DNA of 64,000 nt from Spirochaetia bacterium. Lineage in GTDB: Bacteria; Spirochaetota; Spirochaetia; SZUA-6; Bin103. This document shows, piece by piece, positions 39,220 to 48,575 of the stretch. The stretch covers positions 32,001 to 96,000 of the forward strand of contig CBDBOV010000006.1 in the NCBI GenBank assembly GCA_965208575.1, in the 5' to 3' direction. Made by a program: the position numbers and the translations under genes. Below the pieces are notes generated by a model. The model saw only the letters and a list, made by a program, of their open reading frames with translations, searched no databases and was not told the DNA's origin. Position 1 is the stretch's first letter. Every line of letters starts with the position of its first letter.

Positions 39220-40578
39220 ATGGCCAGTTACGCACACTGCTGGCTCGACGGATTGCTGATCGGGTCAACCAGGAACTTCGTCCATCCAGACCTTATATCC
39301 CTTTTCAACCCGACTGACAAGATTGTCCTTTCACCACCGATTGAGATCTCCCCACCTCACGTACTTCATCATAAAGAGTGGTTAGTGGAAGATCCCGAAT
39401 CTAGGTTAATCTACTACGAGACCAACATAGGCATAGTACGAGACCGGCTCGAGATTCTCGGTTACGACCTAGAAACCAGCAAGAGCGCGTTTTGCGACTG
39501 GCGTAGAGCCGAGCTTGAAGGATACACCGACCGCATTCGAGAATTGCGATCTGACGAAGCAGATTATGTACCTATAATGATCGAATTCTGCAATCGTCAC
39601 ATCGATTTCTTAGAACGACTCACTCCGGATATATGGGTCAACGCGCTCAGATCGATACGTTCTAATGAGTCTAGATCTCAGCTTATCCGGACAAGTGAGT
39701 GTTTCGAGAAAAGTGATGTGATCGGACAGATGCAGTCACGAGAATGGCACGGTGCACCAGGTGAAGACGTTCTCGTGGCACTCAGGATGGCGATCGAATG
39801 TGCGGACCACACCAAGGCGATGATCTATGACCTTAGCGATCTTGTATGGGGAGACGGCGTCGACGACTACTCCATTAACTATGTAGAGTACGGACAAAAT
39901 GTCTCCGCAGAAGAATATAGAAACAGAGCAAAAACAGTAGTTCTTACCGAAGGCCGGACGGATGCATGGATACTAGAGGAGTCTCTCCGCGTCCTATTTC
40001 CTCATCTCATCGACTACTATTCTATTCTCGACTTTAGTACTGCCGCTTATGGCGGCGGTGTCGGCAACCTTGCGAATGTAGTGAAAGCACTATCGGGTGC
40101 CGATCTAGCGAACAATTTCGTTGCTGTATTCGACAATGACACTGCATCAAGTGCAGCATGCAAGAAGATGACAGACGAAGCCTTACCTTCGAATATTGAG
40201 ATAGTAAGGCTTCCCGAAATGGAGTTTCTGAAGTACTATCCGACGCTAGGTCCAAACGGGCAGGTTGAGTGTGACATAAACGGACTCGCAGCAAGCATTG
40301 AACTTTACTTGGGGAAAGATGTATTGGGATTAGAAGGAGGTCAGTTCATGCCAATCCAATGGATGGGATACGAGAAGGGGCTTAGACAGTACCAAGGCGA
40401 GATCTTGGACAAGGATACGCTACACAAGCGATTTCGGAGAAAACTCGCTGAAAGTGGTGCAGCGAGTGAGGCTGATTGGGAACCCTTGCGCCGAGTGTGG
40501 CGCACTATATTCAGTGCTTTTCGGAGAAAGAGGCGACGTACGATCTGTAGTCTTGCTAAGGAGCACTATGGCGGATAG
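39220..40578 (+). CDS. HEPN/Toprim-associated N-terminal domain plus TOPRIM-fold nuclease
   Basis: RDRLEILGY, IYDLSDLV, VLTEGRTD, GGVGNL, AVFDND, IELYLG; AT-richer than host. Confidence 0.75.
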   Translation: MASYAHCWLDGLLIGSTRNFVHPDLISLFNPTDKIVLSPPIEISPPHVLHHKEWLVEDPESRLIYYETNIGIVRDRLEILGYDLETSKSAFCDWRRAELEGYTDRIRELRSDEADYVPIMIEFCNRHIDFLERLTPDIWVNALRSIRSNESRSQLIRTSECFEKSDVIGQMQSREWHGAPGEDVLVALRMAIECADHTKAMIYDLSDLVWGDGVDDYSINYVEYGQNVSAEEYRNRAKTVVLTEGRTDAWILEESLRVLFPHLIDYYSILDFSTAAYGGGVGNLANVVKALSGADLANNFVAVFDNDTASSAACKKMTDEALPSNIEIVRLPEMEFLKYYPTLGPNGQVECDINGLAASIELYLGKDVLGLEGGQFMPIQWMGYEKGLRQYQGEILDKDTLHKRFRRKLAESGAASEADWEPLRRVWRTIFSAFRRKRRRTICSLAKEHYGG

Positions 40579-41276
40579 TAAAATACGCGCGCTCGCCGTC
40601 ACGCCGTCGGAATCTCACAGCTGCGTCTTATGTGGAGCGTGGGGCGCACCCTACTTGGCTCCCTCTTGATACCACGTGTGGATGGGCGCGACGGCGTTGG
40701 CTACGAAGGAAAACTGGTAACATCCTTGCGCCAGAGTAGCAAGCCCATGCTCGCCACTCAACTTTGGCGGGACGTGACAGTTTTCCGACTGGGAATGGAT
40801 AGTGGACAAGCGTGGTTTAGCACCTTGGACGTGCTCGGTGCGATCGGTGCGGTTGGCGGATTCCTTCTGGCGGTATGCCAAGCGCTCCTTCAATGTGAGA
40901 ATCTCCGGGTTTGAGTCCGAGCATCCATCGGCTAGATTATACCGAATTGACGTTCGTACCGTTAGCGGCGCGGATGGCTTGGCTGGTGGCTGCCGACACC
41001 GCCATTGTCTATGTTTCGTGCACCTTACAAGCGTCTATAGGGCATCCAGTTCGTCGCTCTCCGGAGTGTTAGGAGCGGTGCCCTGGTGCCAAGTGTCCGT
41101 CGGAACCTCGACGAGTACCAAAGGCCGAATCGGAGGACACGTCGCCGGTTGGCTTGATCACTTCCGATCACGCCCGCAACTTCCCACTATTCTACAATTG
41201 TCGAGTCATGCGCTCGTCGCTTGTCAAAGCGACACCGCATTTGACGTCCCGCTGGGAGAAGACACACATTGTGCAC

Positions 41277-41513
41277 ATGAAGCGGATCGGGATTCGGAAA
41301 CTGCACTTGAAGACCGGCGAGTGGGTACGCAGCGCGGCTCTCGGCGAGGGCGTGGCAACTACCGACCGCGGGCGGCCGGTGGCGTCTCTGCTGCCGGTTC
41401 GGCCGGGCGACCTGAGCGCGCCGTTCCGCCAGCGCCTGACGTTACGCGTGTTCGATGCCCTGCCGTCCGTATCGGGTTACTCCGGCCTGTACGTGTCGGA
41501 GGACCGTGAGTGA
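41277..41513 (+). CDS. Phd/YefM-type antitoxin, no toxin partner
   Basis: MKRIGIRKLHLKTGEWVR...TDRGRPVASLLP...VSEDRE. Confidence 0.7.
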   Translation: MKRIGIRKLHLKTGEWVRSAALGEGVATTDRGRPVASLLPVRPGDLSAPFRQRLTLRVFDALPSVSGYSGLYVSEDRE

Positions 41514-41586
41514 GCAGCGGCTACGGGATGCGGCGCCAGCGTTGGACATGCAGAGGTATAACGTGATTCGGACGGAGTAGCGGAAG

Positions 41587-43014
41587 ATGTATCAACAGAC
41601 CTTTTCAGCGGAGACGTTTGCCGGGCGGCGGCGGCGGGTGGCGGAACAGATTGGGGCTGGGGCCGTGGCGGTCGTTCAGGGAGCGCGCGGTTCGGGGTCG
41701 CATGACCAGTTTCGGCAGAGCAACGAGTTGTTCTACCTGTGCGGGGTGGAGGTGCCGCATGCCTACCTCTTGATCGAAGGCGGCGACGGCACGGCGGCGC
41801 TGTTTCTGCCGCACCAGGATCGGCACAGCGTGGAGGCGGAGGGCGAGCACCTGTCGGCGGACAACGCGGAGCGGGCGCGGGAGCTTACCGGCGTGGATCG
41901 GGTGGCGGCGCTCGCGGCGCTGCCGGCGGCGCTGCGCGGGGCGAAGGCGATATGGACGCCGCTGTCGCCGGCGGAGGGGGCGCGCTCCAGTTGGGACACG
42001 CTGCGGCGGGCGCAGGAGGAGGCGGAGGCCGACCCGTTCGATGGCACCCCGGCGCGGGAGGCGGCGTTTGCCGGCCTGCTGCGGCGGCGTTGCCCGGCGG
42101 CGCGCATCGAGGACCTGTCGCCGGTGCTGGACGAGATGCGGCTGGTCAAGGACGAACAGGAGGTGGCGGTGCTGCGGGAGGCGGGGGCAATCTGCGCGGA
42201 TGCGTTGACCGCCTGCATGCGCGCCATGGCGCCGGGAGTGATGGAGTATCAGCTCGCCGGTGTGCTGGAGTACCACTACCGGGTCAGCGGTTCGCGCGGC
42301 GCCTCCTATCACCCGATCATCGCCGGCGGCACCAACGCCTGGTACGGGCACTACGATGCCAATGACGCGCCCCTCGCCGACGGCGACCTGGTGCTGGTGG
42401 ACTGTGCGCCCGACCATCACTACTACACCTCCGACATCACCCGCATGTGGCCGGTGAACGGCGTCTACAGCGACACCCAGCGCGCCCTGTACGGCTTCAT
42501 GATCGCCTACCACAAGGCACTGCTGGCGGGCATCCGTCCGGGCCGCACCGACGACGACATTCACCGCGAGGCGGCTCAGGTGATGGCCGCCTACCTGGAG
42601 CGGACGCCGTTCGCCGACCCCGTGCACGAGCGGGCGGCGCGCAGCGCCCTGGAGTTCCCGCACCACCTGTCTCACCCGGTCGGCATGGCGGTGCACGACG
42701 TCAGCCACTACCGCGGCCAGCCGCTGCGGCCCGGCATCGTGTTCTCGGTGGACCCGCAGATGCGCATTCCGGAGGAGCGGCTCTACCTGCGGGTGGAGGA
42801 CACGGTAGTGGTCACCGACGACGGCTGCGAGAACCTCACCGCGGCCGCACCGCTGGAGATGGACGATGTCGAAGCCACCATGCGCGAACCGGGGATCATC
42901 CGGCGGAGGGACGAACGGGTCTTGGGCAGTATGCGTGACCGCACGAAAGTCGTCGGCGACATAGTCTCACCGGCATCGGATCCATCGGACTGGGAGGTGC
43001 TGCGCCCGACATGA
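41587..43014 (+). CDS. pepP: Xaa-Pro aminopeptidase (M24B)
   Basis: FRQSNELFYLCG, DEMRLVKD, YTSDITR, SHPVGMAVHD, RVEDTVVVT. Confidence 0.88.
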   Translation: MYQQTFSAETFAGRRRRVAEQIGAGAVAVVQGARGSGSHDQFRQSNELFYLCGVEVPHAYLLIEGGDGTAALFLPHQDRHSVEAEGEHLSADNAERARELTGVDRVAALAALPAALRGAKAIWTPLSPAEGARSSWDTLRRAQEEAEADPFDGTPAREAAFAGLLRRRCPAARIEDLSPVLDEMRLVKDEQEVAVLREAGAICADALTACMRAMAPGVMEYQLAGVLEYHYRVSGSRGASYHPIIAGGTNAWYGHYDANDAPLADGDLVLVDCAPDHHYYTSDITRMWPVNGVYSDTQRALYGFMIAYHKALLAGIRPGRTDDDIHREAAQVMAAYLERTPFADPVHERAARSALEFPHHLSHPVGMAVHDVSHYRGQPLRPGIVFSVDPQMRIPEERLYLRVEDTVVVTDDGCENLTAAAPLEMDDVEATMREPGIIRRRDERVLGSMRDRTKVVGDIVSPASDPSDWEVLRPT

Positions 43015-43030
43015 ACTGCTCAGGCGCGAC

Positions 43031-43111
43031 CCGCGCACTCGCCTGATCCGAAGACGCTACGGTTCGTCGGGCCAGCGGTAGTAGGCGGTGGTGCCGCCCA
43101 TGGCGTCGACG
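43031..43111. repeat. Copy 1 of an 81-bp direct repeat (duplicate of sulfatase 3' end)
   Basis: Aligns ungapped to 45419-45499 with 8 mismatches. Confidence 0.92.
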
Positions 43112-43232
43112 AGTCGTCGAAGCCGTCCCCTCACGCTACAAGGGGATCACTGGACATCACGGGACGACAGCGGCGCCCCCGCCTTGGTCGTCAGGACGGG
43201 TACCCGCCGCACCCCCAGCGCTTACGCGGGCT

Positions 43233-45035
43233 TCACTCGGACGTCACGGCGTCGCAGTATGCCAGCTCCCAGCCGTGGAACACGACCGCCAGCCCCGTGA
43301 ACCGCACGCCCGGAAACTGGCGCGGCAGCCGCTCGTCCGCCAGGTACCGCTTGAGCTGTGCCGTAGCCTCGCCCACCGCCGCCGCCACGACCGGCTCCGC
43401 CGGCTCGCCGCGCTGAAGGCTCTCGGAGCGCTGAAGTCGCCCACGGCGACTAAGGTACTTCAACTCGATCAGGTAGCCGCGTCGCAGGTGTGGATAGCGC
43501 GCCAGCAGCGGCTCCAGGCTGATGTCGGCGTATCCCTTTCCCAACTCCGCCTCGGACCGGAACACGAAGTAGTCGGCCAAGCTCAGATACGCCGCCAGGA
43601 ACCCCTGCAACACCTTCTCCCCCGCGATGTAGTCGCGAACTCCGGTCTGCTGCGCGATCGCCTCGCCCAGGAACTCGAACACCGGCCGCCACTCGCCCTC
43701 GTTCGCCATCCGCATCAGCAACTGCTCCAGCCGGAACAGGTTGAGCGAAAACACCTCGACATCCCGGTAGCCGTCGCGCAGGTACCCGTACAGCAGCCGC
43801 TTCACGGTCTGGTTGGGAATCGCCAGCCGCGGTGCTCCCTGCACCACCTCGCGGATGCTCAGCAGTCCGAAGTAGTGCAGCAGGGACAGGAAGTTCTCCG
43901 CGTCGGTGAGCCGCTCCTGCGGAAAGCCCGACCGAATGCGGAGGACGTCGATCTTTCCCGTGCCGATGATGCTCCGCAGCAGGTCGAAGTTGCCGTTGAG
44001 TTGCCGGCCCACGACCAACAGATGGCGCAGCTTGCCGTAGTCTATGCGCACGTTGGTGTCGATCAGATCGTCCGGCACCGGCCGGTTGGGGATCGATTCG
44101 TCAAGGAAATACAGCACCATGTCGCTGTTGTAGAGATCGACGCCGGCGCTGACGGCGAACCGGTAGCCGTTGTACCACTCCGCCATCAGCGCCATGGCGG
44201 TGTCCACGTCCTGATCGAACGCGCCATGGTCCCGGTAGGCTTCGACCAGACGCCGCACCTCCGCCGCGGTGAATCCGACCATCTCGTGGAAGTCGGCGTG
44301 CAGGCTGATGTTCTTGCCGATGTTGAATCCGCTGGTCACGTCGTCCATGGTGACCGGCGACACGCCGGTGATGAACAGGCGATCGATGCCGCCGCCGCTG
44401 CGTGCGGTACCAGCCTTCAGGGTGGCGAAGAAGTTGCGGTAGAAGCCTCCGCCGTGGGTGAGAGATTCGTACGCCTGCGCGCCGTGATGTGCCAGTACGG
44501 TGTTGGCGAAGTTGTCGTACTCGTCGATCAGCACGTACAGCGGGATGTCGTGGTCGCCGGCGTACAGGAACAGCTCGGCTAACTTGGTGGAGATGGAGGG
44601 AGGCGCGAGCAGGCGCTGCAGCGCCGCCTCGGGAAACAGGTCGGGATGTCGCTCCAGCGCGTGGCGCAACTCTATGTGACAATAGGCCTCGAACTCCCGC
44701 TCCAGCGTCTCGAGCTTGTCGTTGACCGCCGAGAAGTCGAAGCGCAGGACCACGTAGCGGTGATGCTCCGCGGTCGGGTTGCGCCCGATGTCGGTGCCGG
44801 CGAACACGGCGTCGAACTCGTGACCCCACCAGCGGTCGTAGTAGTTCTCCAGCAGCGAGACCCACAGCGACTTGCCGAAACGGCGCGGGCGGATCAGGAA
44901 GGCGTAACGCTCCCGCTCCAGCCGGCGCAGGTAGCGGGTCTTGTCGACGTACAGCCATCGGTTCAGGCGGATGCGCCTGAAGTCTGACTCGCCGTAGGGA
45001 ATACGCGGGTACGCGGTCGTCTCCAGCACGGACAT
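43233..45035 (-). CDS. AAA-ATPase-like protein with C-terminal PD-(D/E)XK nuclease
   Basis: IPYGESDF, YVDKT, RPRRFGKS, LIDEYDNF, GYADI...IELKY. Confidence 0.92.
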   Translation of the reverse strand: MSVLETTAYPRIPYGESDFRRIRLNRWLYVDKTRYLRRLERERYAFLIRPRRFGKSLWVSLLENYYDRWWGHEFDAVFAGTDIGRNPTAEHHRYVVLRFDFSAVNDKLETLEREFEAYCHIELRHALERHPDLFPEAALQRLLAPPSISTKLAELFLYAGDHDIPLYVLIDEYDNFANTVLAHHGAQAYESLTHGGGFYRNFFATLKAGTARSGGGIDRLFITGVSPVTMDDVTSGFNIGKNISLHADFHEMVGFTAAEVRRLVEAYRDHGAFDQDVDTAMALMAEWYNGYRFAVSAGVDLYNSDMVLYFLDESIPNRPVPDDLIDTNVRIDYGKLRHLLVVGRQLNGNFDLLRSIIGTGKIDVLRIRSGFPQERLTDAENFLSLLHYFGLLSIREVVQGAPRLAIPNQTVKRLLYGYLRDGYRDVEVFSLNLFRLEQLLMRMANEGEWRPVFEFLGEAIAQQTGVRDYIAGEKVLQGFLAAYLSLADYFVFRSEAELGKGYADISLEPLLARYPHLRRGYLIELKYLSRRGRLQRSESLQRGEPAEPVVAAAVGEATAQLKRYLADERLPRQFPGVRFTGLAVVFHGWELAYCDAVTSE

Positions 45036-45346
45036 CACTCGATGAGCAGGCGGTAGCGTCCGACCGTCGTCAGCAGGAATCCTTCGATGCGCACGTAATA
45101 GGTGCCGGCCGGCAACCGCGCCGAGAAGCCGAAATTCCGGCCCGGCCCGCTGTCGTCGTCGACGTCCAGCGCCCTGCCCAAGCGGTTTTCCAGAAGCCCC
45201 ACCGTGTCGGTGCCGCCGGTCGAGTACACGGTCACCCGCGTGTAGTCCCGGTCTACCACGAACTTGAAGTAGTCCACGTCATCCGCCGTAAGGAACCCGG
45301 AGAGCGGAGCGCGTGGAAGAGATGCGGAGACGCCTCCCTGTGTCAT
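45035..45346 (-). CDS. Stand-alone pre-peptidase C-terminal (PPC)-like domain, possibly a fragment
   Basis: DDVDYFKF, STGGTDTVGLL, DDDSGPGRNF, LPAGTYYVRI. Confidence 0.7.
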   Translation of the reverse strand: MTQGGVSASLPRAPLSGFLTADDVDYFKFVVDRDYTRVTVYSTGGTDTVGLLENRLGRALDVDDDSGPGRNFGFSARLPAGTYYVRIEGFLLTTVGRYRLLIE

Positions 45347-45418
45347 TGCCCTAACCCTACCTGCCGCTCCGGCCCACCGCAACGCTGTTTGCGAGAGCAA
45401 CGTGGCAGACCGCGCGCG

Positions 45419-45499
45419 CCGCTCACTCGCCTGGTCCGAAGAGGCTATGGTTCGTCGGGCCAGCGGTAGTAGGCGGTGGAGCCGTTTATGGCGTCGACG
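45419..45499. repeat. Copy 2 of the 81-bp direct repeat
   Basis: Covers last ~18 codons of the sulfatase and 26 bp beyond its stop. Confidence 0.92.
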
Positions 45500-47343
45500 G
45501 CGCGCTCCATCGGGAAGCGGTACTGGACGTCGTGCAGGCTGCCGCTCAGCGCGTCGATGGCGCGGCGCAACGGCTCCAGGGCCGGCCTGAGGTGCGGGGC
45601 CGCGGACGGGGGCTGCGAGTCGAGCACGTTGGCGGCGCGGCCCCTCGTGACCGGCAGCGGGTGTTCGAGCGCGGCGATCAGGGTGGGCAGGGCGGCGCCG
45701 TAGCGGCGCAGGCGGAACAGGCCGTCGGCGGCGGCGATCCGCACGCTCACCGCGGGGTCTTCGAGCGCGGCCGTGAACGCGTCCACGACCGCCTGGTCGG
45801 CGCAGCGCAGGATGACCAGGCCGGTTACCGCCCAGAAACGGATCGCCGAGTCGGGGTCGGCCAGCCGGCGCAGCAGCTCGGCGCGCTGCCCTACCCCGCG
45901 CCGGCTCAGGTCGGCGGTGTCCAGGATCTGCTCGTAGTTGCCGCACTGCCGGCCGACCCGCCACAGCGGGCCGCCGGCGGCGCGCTCGTGCAGCTCCGGC
46001 TCGTCGATCAGGCCCAGGTCGCGGTGCTCGATCATCCAGTCGTAGAGCTGGCCGCGCATCTCGTCGGCCACCGCGGCGTGCTCGCCGGCGGGCACCAGGT
46101 CGTCCACGAACCACGGGTCGGAGGCGCCGTCGTAGAGTTCCTCGCACGGCTTGCGCTGCGCCGCGATCTGGCGCTGCGGGCCGACCAGCTTGCCGGCGCG
46201 CGCCAGGCGGTCCCAGGCGTGGACGTAGCCGGACCAGTAGATCGAGGTCTCGTACGGGAAGTAGGGCAGGTGCGGGAAGAAGTTGCGCTGGTAGCGAAAG
46301 CGGCGGCCGCGTAGCGAGCGGATCAGCTCGAAGCGGGTGTCGAGGCGGTCGCGGCCGGTCACCACGTGCGGGCGGTGGGCGGCGCCGGCGCACAGGACGG
46401 GCCGGCTGTGCATGTAGTCCGGCACCGGCAGGCCGGTCATGGTCAGCGTGGAGGCGGCCAGGTCCATGGTGGTGACCGGCTCATCCACCACGCTTCCCGG
46501 GGCAGCCGGGGCCAGGTGCTGCCAGCGCGGCGGGAAGCGCACCATCAGCGGCACGTGGTCGCCCTGCTCCCAACCCCAGTGCTTGGCGCGCAGCATGCCG
46601 GTGCCGTGGTCCGCCCAGAACACCACGATGGTGTCGTCCCACACGCCGTCCTCTTTCAACTCCGCGACATGACGCCCGACGTGGTAGTCGATCTGGGTTA
46701 TCGCGTCGTAGTAGTCCGCCCACGCCTTCCGGATCTCGGGGATGTCGGGGTGGAAGGGCGGCAGCGGCGCCTGGTCGGGATCGTGGAAGTCCTCCGGCTG
46801 CAGCAGCGTCAGGCGCTCGGCGCGGATCGTCTCGATCGGCTCCTTCCGGTCCCAGGTCACGGACGAATGGCACTCGGTGTAATTGAACACCGAGAAGAAC
46901 GGCTGATCGGGGCTGCGCTGCCGCCAGTGCGCGCTGCCGCTCCAGGCGTTCCACGCCTCCGCCATGATCGGGGTTTCCGCTTCGGTCCGTGGGTTGCCGG
47001 TGCCGGCCAGGTTGTAGTCGGTCTTGACGCAGTTGGAGGTAAAGTAGCCGGCGTCGCGCAGGTACGCCGGCAGCAGGCGCAGGTGCGCGGGTGCGGCTAC
47101 CCGGGAGCGGTGGTGATGGGTGCCGAGCGCGAACGACGCCACCCCGGTGATGATGGCGGCACGGGACACCGAGCACACCGGGGCCATGGAGTGCGCGTTG
47201 GTGTAGCGGATGCTCCCGGCGGCGAGCGCGTCGAGGTTGGGGGTCCGGGCGTAGCGGTCGCCGTAGCAGCCGAGCAGCGGATTGATGTCCTCCACCGACA
47301 CCCACAGGATGTTGGGCACGCCGGCGGTACGCGGTTCGCTCAT
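45445..47343 (-). CDS. Sulfatase with C-terminal HEAT-like repeats
   Basis: PNILWVSVED, CSVSR formylglycine motif, WADHG, DPAVSVRIAAA repeats. Confidence 0.9.
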   Translation of the reverse strand: MSEPRTAGVPNILWVSVEDINPLLGCYGDRYARTPNLDALAAGSIRYTNAHSMAPVCSVSRAAIITGVASFALGTHHHRSRVAAPAHLRLLPAYLRDAGYFTSNCVKTDYNLAGTGNPRTEAETPIMAEAWNAWSGSAHWRQRSPDQPFFSVFNYTECHSSVTWDRKEPIETIRAERLTLLQPEDFHDPDQAPLPPFHPDIPEIRKAWADYYDAITQIDYHVGRHVAELKEDGVWDDTIVVFWADHGTGMLRAKHWGWEQGDHVPLMVRFPPRWQHLAPAAPGSVVDEPVTTMDLAASTLTMTGLPVPDYMHSRPVLCAGAAHRPHVVTGRDRLDTRFELIRSLRGRRFRYQRNFFPHLPYFPYETSIYWSGYVHAWDRLARAGKLVGPQRQIAAQRKPCEELYDGASDPWFVDDLVPAGEHAAVADEMRGQLYDWMIEHRDLGLIDEPELHERAAGGPLWRVGRQCGNYEQILDTADLSRRGVGQRAELLRRLADPDSAIRFWAVTGLVILRCADQAVVDAFTAALEDPAVSVRIAAADGLFRLRRYGAALPTLIAALEHPLPVTRGRAANVLDSQPPSAAPHLRPALEPLRRAIDALSGSLHDVQYRFPMERAVDAINGSTAYYRWPDEP

Positions 47344-47367
47344 GGGAGGCGGGTCGAAAGCCGGCCG

Positions 47368-48396
47368 TCAGGCCTCGGTCGCCGGGTGCGCAGCAGCCCG
47401 GTCGCCGAGCGCGGCGAACATCCGCCGCGAGCCGGTGAACGTGGCCCGTCCGTGCGCGATGAGCATATTGTCGAGGATGATCACCTCGCCGCGCCCGAGC
47501 GCGTAGGGCACCTCCAGGTCGCATACCAGCTTGAACCACGTCCGGCACTCCTCCGCGGAGATGGTGGTGCCGTCTTCCATGATCATGCGGTTGAGGCTCT
47601 CCGGATCGGTAGCCATCGTCCTGGCCAATCGCTCGGCTTCCTCGGTTCTGCCATCCCGCTCCGCCATCAGGCGCCACGACTCGGGCTGAAAGCCCATGGC
47701 CTGCGTACACCACAATTCGCCGTGGACCGGGTGCGGCCGGAAGAAGCGCGCCGGCTCCTGGGTGATCTCCAGGTAGTCGTCGTCGGTCCAGGCCAGCTCC
47801 CAGCCGCGCTGCCGCGCGACATTCCTCGCCTCCCGGCGGTCTGCGGTGCCGAGCGACTCCTGCCAGCTCTTGCGATCCTTGTACGCCCCGGCGCTGTTGC
47901 CCTCCGGCGGCAGCCTGCGGCGCAGGCGGGCACGCTTGCCGCGGAACCGCCGCTCGAAGTGCTCGGGCAACTCCTCCGTGAACGCCCGCATGTCGCCGAT
48001 CAGGTTGGTCTTCTGGCCGTGCCCGGCCGGCTGCTGGCAGAAGAACGCGACGTAGTCCGGCACGTCGTCGAGATACGCCATCTCCTGGTGCAGCAGGATG
48101 CCGCGCTGCGGAGGCAGGTCGGTGGCCGAGTACACCCCGGCGGCGTACTCGGTGCGCGGCGTGGTGCCGCCGACGTAGGAGTGCGGGCGGAAGTCGATCG
48201 CCTGCAGGAACGCGGCAAACTCGTGCGGCGTGCCGAGGCCGGTGTCCCGAACGAGCAGCGCGCCCTCGGTGTCCACCAGCCGGAAGATCTCCGCGGCCAT
48301 TCGGCCTGCGGGCGACGGACTTCCGTTTGCGGTCAGGCAAATGCGGGCGCACGGCACCGAGAACCCGTCGGCGAGATGTTCCCTCTCGTACTTCAT
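47368..48396 (-). CDS. TauD/TfdA family dioxygenase (SyrP-like)
   Basis: LHQEMAY, FFCQQP, LDNMLIAHGRATF. Confidence 0.87.
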   Translation of the reverse strand: MKYEREHLADGFSVPCARICLTANGSPSPAGRMAAEIFRLVDTEGALLVRDTGLGTPHEFAAFLQAIDFRPHSYVGGTTPRTEYAAGVYSATDLPPQRGILLHQEMAYLDDVPDYVAFFCQQPAGHGQKTNLIGDMRAFTEELPEHFERRFRGKRARLRRRLPPEGNSAGAYKDRKSWQESLGTADRREARNVARQRGWELAWTDDDYLEITQEPARFFRPHPVHGELWCTQAMGFQPESWRLMAERDGRTEEAERLARTMATDPESLNRMIMEDGTTISAEECRTWFKLVCDLEVPYALGRGEVIILDNMLIAHGRATFTGSRRMFAALGDRAAAHPATEA

Positions 48397-48575
48397 TACC
48401 CTGCCACTGTATACCGATGGCGCCGATGGCGCCACCCGGCGCCGGGCAGCGCCGTTATCCACCTTTTCGTGCCCCGATCCGCCGGTCGCGCGAACGCCGG
48501 GGCCGCCGGACGCTGTTGACGCGTGTTCGAGGCGCGCCAATACTGAATCATCCACAGATTCCCAAGGAGGATCAG

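Noticed and set aside
40600-41200. Short ORFs after the TOPRIM gene
   Set aside because: No recognisable motifs and several stops; likely decayed sequence
9141-48519. Long antisense or alternate-frame ORFs (e.g. 9141-11129, 17870-19768, 46366-48519)
   Set aside because: Shadow ORFs expected at high GC; Arg/Ala/Gly-rich, no motifs, and they overlap well-supported genes
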